From a virus (Duplodnaviria > Caudoviricetes): a stretch of DNA of 47,056 nucleotides. The DNA is taken from IMG/VR virus record IMGVR_UViG_3300023237_000017, positions 1-47,056 of that record; one strand, 5' to 3'. Both the position numbers and the translations under genes were made by a program. Position 1 is the first letter of the stretch; every line of letters begins with the position of its first letter. This document shows positions 34,788-44,068 of the stretch, one piece after another. A model generated the notes under the pieces. The model saw nothing but the letters and a program-made list of their open reading frames with translations. It was not told the DNA's origin and made no database searches.

Positions 34788-35129
34788 TCATGTCCCCTCG
34801 CCCCGATTTCCTTGGGCGACGTGGTAAAGCTCGTGACGCAGGACAGGGCCAGCGTCGTCTATCGAGATAATCATGGTTGACAGCGTGTCGCCTGCTCTAC
34901 GGTAGGTGCAGGCGTGGCCGGGCACTCCGACTTCTTTCAGGCACTTAGCCATGACGGTTGGCCTGTCGAATGCCTGTGTCATGTATAGCTGGCCAGATTG
35001 CAGCGGCTCAGCGGGCTTGCCTGCAATGTAGGCGTCGAAATTAGCAGCCGACTGGCAGGCCGACAGGACCAGCGCCAGCACGATGGCGATCAGGGCTATC
35101 CATAGGGCGTGGCCGGTGCGGTCGGTCAT
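34788..35129 (-). CDS. Lipoprotein with HExxH motif
   Basis: Lipobox LSAC; VLRHELYHV. Confidence 0.6.
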   Translation of the reverse strand: MTDRTGHALWIALIAIVLALVLSACQSAANFDAYIAGKPAEPLQSGQLYMTQAFDRPTVMAKCLKEVGVPGHACTYRRAGDTLSTMIISIDDAGPVLRHELYHVAQGNRGEGT

Positions 35130-36412
35130 GCGTAGTATGCCGATAGCTTAGTCTGATCCGACGCACTGATAGGACCGTCAACAATGATCAGGCCACGCAT
35201 GTCTACCGCTGGCAGGGCATAGGCTCCGCTGATCGATTGGTTCGCCGCGTACACGGCAGTTCCGTCTTGCTTCATGTACCAGACAGAGGCTGTCGATCCG
35301 AGGTTTGGTAGCGTGGCGTTTAGCACATCATCCACGCCGTCATAATCAACATATCGGTGCAGGTAGGCTGCTGGGACTTCTTTGACTGAGACGTTATCGA
35401 TTGATACAGGCCCGGCCATCGACCCAGCGTGAGCATAGACAGCAAGCGCCGTGCCCCCTTTGACAGTCACAACGGCAGATGAGACAGCGTGCATATCACT
35501 AACAACAACGGTACTAGTGGTTCCTGTTCTTAATGATAAACCCGATGTGCCCACAACAGACCAAGAGATTAAGTAGGTCTTGTTTTCTTCAAGGATGGGG
35601 GTAATGGGGTTTAGAAACCCAGACGCTACTGCGTCATGTGTCGCCACTCCGCCGCTGATCGTCCAGCCGGTGCCTTTAGTCCAGTCCGTATCCGTGTCAA
35701 ACGTCCCATTCGTCACCAGCTCAGGCTGCGCCGCCATAGCTGCTGCGTATCCCGCTTTGCCAGTATTGGCTGCGGTCTTGTAGAGAGGACGGGCTGCATC
35801 GCTTGGGGCTATGGCGTGGTGGCCGGGGAGTTCCTGACTTGTGACGCCCGAAAACGACCAAGATACACCCGGCCCAGTACAACTAAAGTCCACTCGATTA
35901 TCCGACCCAGTGTATAAAATAAGTTCGCGATAACCTTCCGGGAAGGTTATCTCCAGATAGTCAAGTACACCCGCACTAACCACGTTCAAATAAATATTAT
36001 GTCCTGCCTCAGGTCCATCTGGATAAGCGTAAAAACGTATTCTATACCACTTATATGCTTCCAAAGTGATGCGATATGAACCACTACCGGAACCGTCTCT
36101 ATATAGGCTATACTTGCCCGCAGATTCCGATTGATAGCCTACAGTTCCGTTTGGGACTAATGTCGGCGCTATGTCAGCCGCCGACGCAATAAACGCCGCC
36201 GCCGTCTTCCCACCCATCTGGCTCTTGTCCAGCATGATGCCGACAGTCTGACCGTCTGCGCTGACAATATCACCACCAGTTCTTGACTGGTAGAGGCTGC
36301 TCAGGTCTGACGGGTCGTAGAATGCCTGTGTGCTGCTCACCTGATTAGGGGAGAAGGCCAGGCCAGACACTGCGCCCATCTGCATTCGTATGCCAATACC
36401 GACGCCTATCAT
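35126..36412 (-). CDS. Head spike/fibre protein with carbohydrate-binding-like modules (Rcc01080-like)
   Basis: MIGVGIGI anchor peptide, YDPSDLSSLYQ..VG.MLDKS, ELVTNGTFDTD..W...IDNVSVKE, DGVDD; follows the spike base gene. Confidence 0.7.
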   Translation of the reverse strand: MIGVGIGIRMQMGAVSGLAFSPNQVSSTQAFYDPSDLSSLYQSRTGGDIVSADGQTVGIMLDKSQMGGKTAAAFIASAADIAPTLVPNGTVGYQSESAGKYSLYRDGSGSGSYRITLEAYKWYRIRFYAYPDGPEAGHNIYLNVVSAGVLDYLEITFPEGYRELILYTGSDNRVDFSCTGPGVSWSFSGVTSQELPGHHAIAPSDAARPLYKTAANTGKAGYAAAMAAQPELVTNGTFDTDTDWTKGTGWTISGGVATHDAVASGFLNPITPILEENKTYLISWSVVGTSGLSLRTGTTSTVVVSDMHAVSSAVVTVKGGTALAVYAHAGSMAGPVSIDNVSVKEVPAAYLHRYVDYDGVDDVLNATLPNLGSTASVWYMKQDGTAVYAANQSISGAYALPAVDMRGLIIVDGPISASDQTKLSAYYA

Positions 36413-36688
36413 CTACCAGAACGCCACAATGCCGTCAGCGTCGGTATTGCCTGCGAGAACGCGCGTGACGCAAATCGGCAGGAATGTCCCGCTCGGAACC
36501 CCCGGAATAACCAAGGTGACTGGCGTATCACCATCAGTCGCCATGTTGACCTCAAGGTCTCCGCCCGTGCCGACATAGACCGCTCGGGTCGTATAGCCCA
36601 AGTCAGTGTCATCGCTTGGCGTGACAGCAACCCCGTGTCGTGCAGACTGGGTGGCTGATGCCCCCCTCGAATAATCTAGTGCAGCCAT
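36413..36688 (-). CDS. Head spike base protein (RcGTA Rcc01079 family)
   Basis: AVTPSD..DL...TRAVYVG.GGDL.V.M...V..G..LPI.V.RV...T.A..IVA.W. Confidence 0.85.
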   Translation of the reverse strand: MAALDYSRGASATQSARHGVAVTPSDDTDLGYTTRAVYVGTGGDLEVNMATDGDTPVTLVIPGVPSGTFLPICVTRVLAGNTDADGIVAFW

Positions 36689-36710
36689 TAGCCGGCCCTC
36701 CTGTTGTTAA

Positions 36711-38468
36711 TCATACGACTTCCTCGCCCTTCATGGCCTTGGCTGCCATGCGCAGGTTCTCTGGATTAGCGCCAAGGGCAGACTGGCCAACCTCCATTGC
36801 CTGCGCCTCTTTCTTCGCAGCATCAGCGGCCTCAGCATCAGCCTGGCGCTTCGCCGCAACGTCATCGAGCTTGCGTATCCATGATGGTGGGATCTTGCCT
36901 TCAGCGCCGTCCCTTGCAGCTGCGTCCATGTCGAACTGGTCGATCGCAGAAATCACCGCCGGATGCTGGGTCGCAATCATGCCCGACACAGTCTGGATCA
37001 GGCCATCGAACTGGTTTGCTTTCTGCTTGCGCAGCGCGTCCGACAGCGGTGTCTCGAACTCGAACCGGATTTCCTTGCCTTGCAGAACCTCGGGCAATCC
37101 CTCGATCATGCCATCAGGGCGAACCTTGCCGAATGCACCCTTGGCCATAGCCCGCGTGAAGATCGAGTCCATGATGTGGGCATTCTCTGCCTCCATCGGC
37201 TCGAAGATCGGGGCAGCTTCACGGGTGTATATCTCGATACGCTCAGCCACTTCATAGGCCGTCATGTCGCTATGGTCGGGCAGCTTCAGGACGTTCTGGT
37301 AGAATGCCGTCCCAATGCGCTCAGCCATCCGCTCGCTCAGGTCCATTGCATAACGCGGGTCGCCAGCGTCGATATTGGCGATCGGTGCGCCCATCCCCTT
37401 CGAGTCATAATCGTCCGAAATGAACGTCACCGTATTGGCGCGCAGGTCCAGATCACTGAGGATGACACCCTTCTTGGCGTACTTGGCGGGCCTCACAGCC
37501 TGCTCAACGCTGGTCAGGAGCGCCTCCTCGACACTGTTGAGGGTACGGGCATCAGCCAGCGCAACGCTTGTGCATGGGCTTCTGGCGTAGTTCTCGCCTG
37601 ATACACTCATCCACTCTCGAACAGTGAATGGGAATGCGAGGAAGTAGTATTCGGCCAGCGTGGCATCGCCCTTGATGCCGTCAGCCATATAGATCGAGCA
37701 ATACTTGGCCATCTGAGGCACACGCTCTTTCTTGCCGTGAGTGCCGGGCTCGATCGGCGTTACCGTCCGGCAGATCGTCTTGATCTCCTCGGTGTGACCC
37801 TTGTCCCAGTCCATGCGCCATTCGCGTGGCAGGATTTCAGGACTGCCTTGGCCGAGCAGCTGCACGATCTGGCGAAGGGTCAGCTTCATCTTGTTGTGCA
37901 GGGTATCGACCATGCCATCAGCGTTCTGGGACCATGCGCAGTCTCGCAGGTGCATACAGGAGAACTGAAGGCCAGACTGGTCAGAGCGGTACGAGTGAGA
38001 CACGACAGATGCACCGAATGTCACATAGTCATTGTCGCTTTCGTTCATCACACGGGTGAACATGGCTCGTGGATCATAAACGATATTGCGCTGGGTTGCT
38101 GTTGCGTCACCACACCAGATACGAGCCTCATCATCCTTCATCACGGATATCGGGCTGGCAGTGGCCTTGAACCAATCCTTGCCGCGCGGGCGGATCATAG
38201 CACCGAGATTGTTGGCCATGTCCCTACGCATGATCGACGGCAGCGAGGTGTGCACACCATCATAGCGCTCATCAGCAGCGGCATAGGTTGTCGTGAAGTC
38301 AGCGCGTTCGGGGTAGAATATCTCAGCCTGCGCCTGCCATAGCGGCAGGAACTCTGATTGACGTCTGAATGCACGTTCGGACGCCTTCATAGCCTTGGCG
38401 CCACGCTCTTGCAGTTCGCTATTGCGCTGCGGTTCCTGCTGTTCTTCCGACGCGCCTGTGTATGCCAT
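36711..38468 (-). CDS. Portal (head-tail connector)
   Basis: WQ..AE..YPER.DF, GE.Y.RSP...AL.DAR.L, MTAYEV.ER, SPL-like TPL; 585 aa. Confidence 0.92.
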   Translation of the reverse strand: MAYTGASEEQQEPQRNSELQERGAKAMKASERAFRRQSEFLPLWQAQAEIFYPERADFTTTYAAADERYDGVHTSLPSIMRRDMANNLGAMIRPRGKDWFKATASPISVMKDDEARIWCGDATATQRNIVYDPRAMFTRVMNESDNDYVTFGASVVSHSYRSDQSGLQFSCMHLRDCAWSQNADGMVDTLHNKMKLTLRQIVQLLGQGSPEILPREWRMDWDKGHTEEIKTICRTVTPIEPGTHGKKERVPQMAKYCSIYMADGIKGDATLAEYYFLAFPFTVREWMSVSGENYARSPCTSVALADARTLNSVEEALLTSVEQAVRPAKYAKKGVILSDLDLRANTVTFISDDYDSKGMGAPIANIDAGDPRYAMDLSERMAERIGTAFYQNVLKLPDHSDMTAYEVAERIEIYTREAAPIFEPMEAENAHIMDSIFTRAMAKGAFGKVRPDGMIEGLPEVLQGKEIRFEFETPLSDALRKQKANQFDGLIQTVSGMIATQHPAVISAIDQFDMDAAARDGAEGKIPPSWIRKLDDVAAKRQADAEAADAAKKEAQAMEVGQSALGANPENLRMAAKAMKGEEVV

Positions 38469-38683
38469 CAGCCGAGGATCGTGTTCTTCTGGGTGGATGC
38501 GCCGCCGTAAACGCCACTGCCAAGAACATTATCAAACAGGGTCGATGTGCGGTTCTTGCGCTTACGGCCTGTGCGCTCCTGCTCAATCTGGGCTTCACGA
38601 ACGCTCGGGCTGTCTTCAGTCGGGATCACCTTTGGCGCCGGGGGTGGCGGAGGTGGTGGTGGGGATTTTGGCGTCTTGAACAT
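38468..38683 (-). CDS. Small Pro-rich virion assembly protein
   Basis: MF..PK.PPPPPPPP...R.ST....K.T.LG; directly upstream of portal. Confidence 0.65.
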   Translation of the reverse strand: MFKTPKSPPPPPPPPAPKVIPTEDSPSVREAQIEQERTGRKRKNRTSTLFDNVLGSGVYGGASTQKNTILG

Positions 38684-38690
38684 GTAGGTG

Positions 38691-40346
38691 TTACCTCCTG
38701 CCGTTCACCTTACGGGATGGGAGGATGACAGATTGTGAATACCCTCTCGTGCGCCTTGCCTCGACATGAGACTGGCGGTTCTCCTTGGCCATTGGGTCAG
38801 GCTCAGCCCATGCGAAGAAGAAGCCCCATGCGAGATCAGGTGAGCGGCCAATGCGCTTGACGATCGAGTCATTTTTCTCAATTCGGATCGTATCGCGCAT
38901 GTCATTGTGCTTCATCTCACGGAATGCCGTCAGTTCCATCAGGATGTGGCGGCCAGGTGGCAGGGCAATGCTGTCACCATGCTCAGGGTCCAGCCCTTCG
39001 CGCAGTCGCCAGACATACTCGTCACGCTTGAGCCCGAACTTGCGGCCATCACGGGCCTTCACATCCGAACCAGAGCCACCCTTGCAACGCTTCACGTTGA
39101 AGTGGTTGGACTCCATCATCGAGCAGACGCCAGAGCCATAGCCACCGCCACAGTCCACGTTCATCTGCGGATCATCACGGGCCACGCCGAGTATCATCGC
39201 GCCTTGCTTGTCAGTCGTATTGACCTCAGTGCCGGGCTTCACGATCGGCTCATTGAAGAACGTCTTGTGCAGCGGAACACAGGTCATGCGGTCCTTGCCA
39301 CCATCAGCCATGTCCACGCCGATTGCAGACATGGGCTCATACAGTGGCGAATTGGGATCGACCTCGTGCCGGCGCATCCTCCAGCGTTCCTGAGCCTTGA
39401 GAACCCACTCAGTCGGGATGACCTGGCACTCTGCATCCTCCATCGTGGATGTGAACTTGCCGCGAAGCAGTGCGTCTTGCAGGTGTTGCGGCAGGCTGGC
39501 GAGCTGGGAAGCATAGCCGCTCTCAAGCAGGTCAGGGTTGTCTGACAGTGCGGCAGGGATGAACGTGCGAGACTTGGGGCGAACCTCAACCTGTGTTCCC
39601 TGCGCATCCGTGATGTAACCAACCCAGTCAGCCTCGACCTCAATCGTCAGACCCTCGATCTTGGTGAACCAGCGCAGTTCTCCGGGCTTTGCAGGCCCCT
39701 TGTTCAGCGGATCGGCGTACTCAGGGTCAAGCCAAGGCGCGAACCAATCGAAGATCCAAAGTCCCTCGGGCGTCAGTGGTGGGTTGGAAGCAAGCACAAC
39801 ACGGCAACGCTGGCCGGATATCGTCGTCCGATTCCAGCCCATGATGTACTCGATGATGTCTTCCTGAAACTGCACAGCCTCGTCAAAGCCATAGAAGTCT
39901 GCCGCACGACCTTGGTACGCTTCAGCATCCTTGGCACTCTCGAATGCACCGAACTCAACCGCGCGATCGATCCCGCCCGTCAGTGTCGTGGGTATCTTCC
40001 AGACGTGCTTCTGGCTGTTATAGCCCTGCGTCGATCCGACAATCTCACTCAGGCTTGGCGCAAGACCACCTTCCCCATCGATGTCCTTGAACTGGCGACG
40101 GAACAGACGGCTGACACGATGCTCATTGGCAGCGAGGCCGAGCAGAAGCTGGGATTTCCCGCCACCAGCCGCACCGCCATAGTACAGCAGGTCAGACTTG
40201 GAGAAATAGGCTGCGCTCTGAGGGCCTGGATTGGCGTGCCAGAGCTTGCCACCGATCTCAGTTTGATCCGCCTCCTTGGACAACGCCGCCTTGGTGGCCG
40301 GGTCCATATCCTTCAGCTTGGCTGTGATTTCGTCCAGAAGCGTCAT
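38691..40346 (-). CDS. terL: Terminase large subunit
   Basis: PGPQ, YGGAAGGGKS (Walker A), FDEA (Walker B), ASNPP, GVDMA.GG.D, GRSPD. Confidence 0.95.
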   Translation of the reverse strand: MTLLDEITAKLKDMDPATKAALSKEADQTEIGGKLWHANPGPQSAAYFSKSDLLYYGGAAGGGKSQLLLGLAANEHRVSRLFRRQFKDIDGEGGLAPSLSEIVGSTQGYNSQKHVWKIPTTLTGGIDRAVEFGAFESAKDAEAYQGRAADFYGFDEAVQFQEDIIEYIMGWNRTTISGQRCRVVLASNPPLTPEGLWIFDWFAPWLDPEYADPLNKGPAKPGELRWFTKIEGLTIEVEADWVGYITDAQGTQVEVRPKSRTFIPAALSDNPDLLESGYASQLASLPQHLQDALLRGKFTSTMEDAECQVIPTEWVLKAQERWRMRRHEVDPNSPLYEPMSAIGVDMADGGKDRMTCVPLHKTFFNEPIVKPGTEVNTTDKQGAMILGVARDDPQMNVDCGGGYGSGVCSMMESNHFNVKRCKGGSGSDVKARDGRKFGLKRDEYVWRLREGLDPEHGDSIALPPGRHILMELTAFREMKHNDMRDTIRIEKNDSIVKRIGRSPDLAWGFFFAWAEPDPMAKENRQSHVEARRTRGYSQSVILPSRKVNGRR

Positions 40347-40432
40347 TTTTACCTATCACCAGTTGCATTTTACTGGGATTGAAAGTGTCGGCCCGCGAAT
40401 ATGGCTATTCAGATCGCGCAGCGGTTGCATTT

Positions 40433-40948
40433 TCAAAGCTCCGCCTCACCAGTCAGGATCATGGCTAGCTTCCGGGCAAGCGCACGATCATCTGTCACCT
40501 GTATCGGCTCATCGGTCTCTGGATCACCACCAACCAGCGCAGTCTTGTCGCCGTACTTCTTGGGGATCATCTTGCTCAATGCCCACTTGCGAGTATCGAC
40601 GCGAAGCCTAGCGCGCATTACGTCTTCAGGGTTTCCCTCGTCAGCAATTTCCAGCATGTCATCGAACATATGTCCGGCTCGATCCTCAGTCGCACGTGTG
40701 TAATTGTTACGAAATTCCTCGTATGTTCTGATCCATCGATAAACCGTAGGGGCAGCTGGCATCTTCTTCTCATCGGTAATCTTCTTGAGGCTTTCACCAT
40801 TGGCCAGCCTGCCGCAGATCGCATCTCCCACCTCTGATGTGTATTCAGACGGACGGCCTACGGGGTTTGGTTCCGCTTTGACTTCAGGCTTTGTTGCCTT
40901 TGGTTTGCGTGGCTTCTTTGGCTTATCGGTGAGTTTGTCCTCAGGCAT
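40433..40948 (-). CDS. terS: Terminase small subunit (Sf6-like)
   Basis: GRPSEY....D.IC.RLA.GESL, RL.VDTRKW.LSK..PKKYGDK; GGAGG RBS before ATG 40948. Confidence 0.92.
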   Translation of the reverse strand: MPEDKLTDKPKKPRKPKATKPEVKAEPNPVGRPSEYTSEVGDAICGRLANGESLKKITDEKKMPAAPTVYRWIRTYEEFRNNYTRATEDRAGHMFDDMLEIADEGNPEDVMRARLRVDTRKWALSKMIPKKYGDKTALVGGDPETDEPIQVTDDRALARKLAMILTGEAEL

Positions 40949-41084
40949 TTCCACCTCCCTCAAGTTCGCTGCGTTCGGCTTCGACCTTCTCTTGTCTTGC
41001 TGCTCTGGTTTGCATGTGAACGAAGGTTATGCCTCCAATGATGATTGAGAGAACGAGGATTGCGATTGTTATGGTGAGGCTCAT
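40941..41084 (-). CDS. 47-aa single-TM protein
   Basis: MSLTITIAILVLSIIIGGITFVH...*; overlaps both neighbours. Confidence 0.45.
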   Translation of the reverse strand: MSLTITIAILVLSIIIGGITFVHMQTRAARQEKVEAERSELEGGGNA

Positions 41085-41284
41085 GCCTGCATTCTCCATA
41101 GTTTGATTGCGGCCTGGTGATGGGCTCGCTTCTCTGCGTTCAGGTGTTCAGGGTCCGGGCTTGGAATGATGATGCTGGCCCTGTCACGGTTGGTAAACTC
41201 GAAGGCGACACGCCCATCAGGCTCTATGAGCTTTCTGACGAGGCGGATCGGGTGGTCTGTGTTGGCGTTGCGGGGGTAAGTCAT
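41081..41284 (-). CDS. Hypothetical protein
   Basis: GGAGGA RBS before ATG 41284. Confidence 0.55.
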   Translation of the reverse strand: MTYPRNANTDHPIRLVRKLIEPDGRVAFEFTNRDRASIIIPSPDPEHLNAEKRAHHQAAIKLWRMQA

Positions 41285-41438
41285 GAAATCCTCCGCGTGA
41301 AATCTTCCGGGTTGGCGTCCTTGGCCGCTTGCGATGCTTCCACCCCCCCAAAGCATTGACCCTTGCAGGCAGGACGCCCAGTGCGCACCGAGAACCGGAG
41401 CGGCGCGTATAGGAGAAGGGAGGTGGTATTCTGTGTGG

Positions 41439-42113
41439 TCATCCGACCATCCTTTGAGGGCTCGTCACAGCAACAGGCTTGCCGAACCGATTGTGAAGCC
41501 ACGGGGCAATTGCGTCAGACAGGACCAGTGCACCGGATATGCTGGCCACCGGGTGAGGCAGTCCGTCCGATGCGAACTTGCGTCCAATCCTGCTTGTGAA
41601 GCTGCGCACGAAATCGTCCTTGATCTCTCCACCGTTTCCGTAACCAAGGCGCTCCGCAGCTGCGTCGTAAAGCTCGCATACCTCGGATCGCGAACGGACA
41701 CGGGGATAATTCTCCATCAGTATGCCAAGGAATATAGCCTGCCAGACCGGAACATCGAGTGAATGGCTAAGCTGGAACGCGAGGTTCACACCCGATAGCC
41801 GGCGCATCTGCGCTTCCAGTTCTTCGACGTATTCAGGGTCAGTCTTTGTAATCGTTTCAAGTGCACGCTCACGTCTGGCAAGAACGAGCCCGCGACATAC
41901 CTGGGACCGATCGCGCCGGAAGAGGCGGCCAATCTGGGACTGGCTCCAGCCCTTCTGCTCCTCAAGGGCAAGGTATGCCCGCCTCCGAAGCCTGCTGATG
42001 CTGGCGAGTTTGGAGCGTCCGCGCAAGTCGTCTGCGCTATAGCCGCGCGTTTCGGCAATGGCCTTGACCAGTGACATGGCGCTGGGTGCGGTTCGGATCA
42101 GAGAGAGTGTCAT
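41439..42113 (-). CDS. DnaA-C-type HTH plus winged-helix regulator (late activator candidate)
   Basis: IA...G.S..DL.G.S....I...R..A...L....S.SQIGR.F.RD.S.V; lies between replication and packaging genes. Confidence 0.7.
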   Translation of the reverse strand: MTLSLIRTAPSAMSLVKAIAETRGYSADDLRGRSKLASISRLRRRAYLALEEQKGWSQSQIGRLFRRDRSQVCRGLVLARRERALETITKTDPEYVEELEAQMRRLSGVNLAFQLSHSLDVPVWQAIFLGILMENYPRVRSRSEVCELYDAAAERLGYGNGGEIKDDFVRSFTSRIGRKFASDGLPHPVASISGALVLSDAIAPWLHNRFGKPVAVTSPQRMVG

Positions 42114-42140
42114 GTTCAGCCCCCTTGGCTTGGTTTCTGT

Positions 42141-42184
42141 AAAAGACCCGCGCCGGCACGAATGGGGATGGGAACCGGCGCGGG
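42141..42184 (-). terminator. Terminator-like inverted repeat
   Basis: CCCGCGCCGG / CCGGCGCGGG with an 18-nt loop, then TCTTTT on the minus strand. Confidence 0.45.
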
Positions 42185-42234
42185 GTAGAAACTGCGACTG
42201 TGTGGACGGTCGCAGCGTTCATTGGGACGCGGCT

Positions 42235-42663
42235 CTATTCAGCCGCTCCGTTTCGTGGAATGTGATCGGGTTCAGTGTCGGGCTGCTCGTCCGGTTCAGC
42301 CTTGACCGCCCATACGCGACGAAAGGATTCCGCTGCCCGATCCTCTGCCGATGGCTCGCACCCCTCGAATGGCGTGTCATCGTTGAGGCGGGCCTCGGCC
42401 TGATTATAAACAAGGCTCCCCGGAACAGCCTCGTATGTGCCTATCGGCCAGTCCGGTTCAGGAGCCGCTACAGGCGCGCTTTGCTCTGGCTGGGTCTCCG
42501 GTGCCAGAAATGCGCGCAACGCCGCTCTGGCGGACTCCTGACGCAATATGCGGGCGCTGGCGCGGTGTACGGCCTGCTGGTCTTCAGCGTGGCCGACCGT
42601 GGCGAGGTCTGTGTCTGCTGCCGCAGCCTCAGCTATCAACTCTTCCAGTGTCTTGTCTGTCAT
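42235..42663 (-). CDS. Acidic hypothetical protein
   Basis: AAAGGA RBS before ATG 42663. Confidence 0.55.
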   Translation of the reverse strand: MTDKTLEELIAEAAAADTDLATVGHAEDQQAVHRASARILRQESARAALRAFLAPETQPEQSAPVAAPEPDWPIGTYEAVPGSLVYNQAEARLNDDTPFEGCEPSAEDRAAESFRRVWAVKAEPDEQPDTEPDHIPRNGAAE

Positions 42664-42677
42664 GGTGGTTCCTTTCG

Positions 42678-43658
42678 TTAGGCTGGGGTGGAAGTTTTGG
42701 AGTCGCCTTCCCATCCAACCGGCATGGTGAAGCCAGCGGCGTTCTTGTGCCCTCCGCCTCCGTAGGACTTTGCGATTTCGGAAACGTCTGCGCCGCCTTG
42801 GCTGTCATCGCTGCGAAGCGAGAAGACGCGGCCATCAGGGGTGTCCCAATAACAGGCGGCAAAGGGTGGCGTGACCATTTCTCCCTGAAGGTTTGGCGAG
42901 GCGTATGGGCCGCACATCAGGTGCCCGGCGTCACTGGTCAGCGTGTACGGCAGGTTTGCCACTGGCGCCCATTGTCCACCGATCACCATTTCGCGGCGCA
43001 GCTTGGCGACCAGTTCAGCAACGTCCTTGTGGTGTTTCAGTTCGATGGCTGCGCCGCCATCCATCGCGGCTGATGGGTTGGTTTCCAGCAGAAGTTCCAT
43101 CAATTCCCAATTCTCAAACGTGTAGGGATGGGCGAAAATGAAGGCATTCACCTCTCGGGACTGCTCCAGCTTGAACCGCCACAGATCGCGGTCCTCGACG
43201 TAGTTCACCAGATCTGGGCGCGGCGTATCCGGGTGGAAGAAATCCCACGCAATGCCCGCGCCAGAGCGGTCCATGTCGAAGACTGCGCGAACGGGCCAAT
43301 CGCTGGCCTGCTCCCATCCCTTGCGCCAGCGAAACGGGTCATAGTCCGGCCCAAGGTCAGCAAACCCATTGCCAGGCTGTACCAAGCCATGAAGATCGGA
43401 CTGCGCCGTTTTGTGATGGTCGAGGATCAGGATCGAATTTGCCTGATTGACATCACCGCTCCGCAGCATTCCCTCAAGCACGTCGCGCTTGTAGCTGAAA
43501 TCCACGATAACGACGTTCTTGTCTGCAACGTTCGGCGGGGCCTCACCATAGACGCCGGGAATGTATTCGACGCTATCGCCGAACCGTTTCCAGACAGCCC
43601 ACGCTGCCGTGAAGCCATCGGCGCAATTTCCGTGGTAGATACAAATATCTGGTGTCAC
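42678..43658 (-). CDS. DHH/DHHA1 phosphoesterase (NrnB-like)
   Basis: IYH..C.DG, VDFS, LDHH, EDRDLW, SLRS, GGGGH..AAGF; GTG start overlaps the upstream stop. Confidence 0.9.
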   Translation of the reverse strand: MTPDICIYHGNCADGFTAAWAVWKRFGDSVEYIPGVYGEAPPNVADKNVVIVDFSYKRDVLEGMLRSGDVNQANSILILDHHKTAQSDLHGLVQPGNGFADLGPDYDPFRWRKGWEQASDWPVRAVFDMDRSGAGIAWDFFHPDTPRPDLVNYVEDRDLWRFKLEQSREVNAFIFAHPYTFENWELMELLLETNPSAAMDGGAAIELKHHKDVAELVAKLRREMVIGGQWAPVANLPYTLTSDAGHLMCGPYASPNLQGEMVTPPFAACYWDTPDGRVFSLRSDDSQGGADVSEIAKSYGGGGHKNAAGFTMPVGWEGDSKTSTPA

Positions 43659-44068
43659 GCTGCTCGTTCCTTCGCGTATGTCTTGCAGGCCACAGGGCGC
43701 TGCGCTTCGATTTCGTTGATCATGTCCTGGAGTTCGCACTGCCGCCTGCGGAGCCAGAACAATAGCCCCGGTGGCGACAGGCCGAGTTCGCGAGCGGCTG
43801 ACGACCGGGACCGGCCCGCAATGTCCGACAGTGCGACCGTGCGCAGGCGATAGTCTGCCTCGTCTCCCGATAGTTCGCTTTGGTTGCGACCGTCGAGCAG
43901 GGCCCGGTACAGTTCCGGCCACATCTGAAGCCATTTCCACACTGCAGCAGTCGAGACGCCCTCAGCGCGCGCGAAGTCGCTGATGTTGCCGCCTGCCTCA
44001 GCGATGGCCCAGCCGCGAACACGGCGGTCGCGGTGGCCTGCGTGTCCAAGTGCGGGGTAATGGGTCAT
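43655..44068 (-). CDS. Tandem HTH protein
   Basis: GNISDFARAEGVS..AV.KWL and SRSSAARELGLS...L..WL. Confidence 0.65.
   Translation of the reverse strand: MTHYPALGHAGHRDRRVRGWAIAEAGGNISDFARAEGVSTAAVWKWLQMWPELYRALLDGRNQSELSGDEADYRLRTVALSDIAGRSRSSAARELGLSPPGLLFWLRRRQCELQDMINEIEAQRPVACKTYAKERAA

Noticed and set aside
38636-38665. GGT/GGC tract as a tandem repeat or contingency locus
   Set aside because: It encodes the poly-Pro typical of the small pre-portal protein
40362-40433. GTTGCATTTT direct repeat between terS and terL
   Set aside because: Only two 10-bp copies; too little to call a pac site or operator
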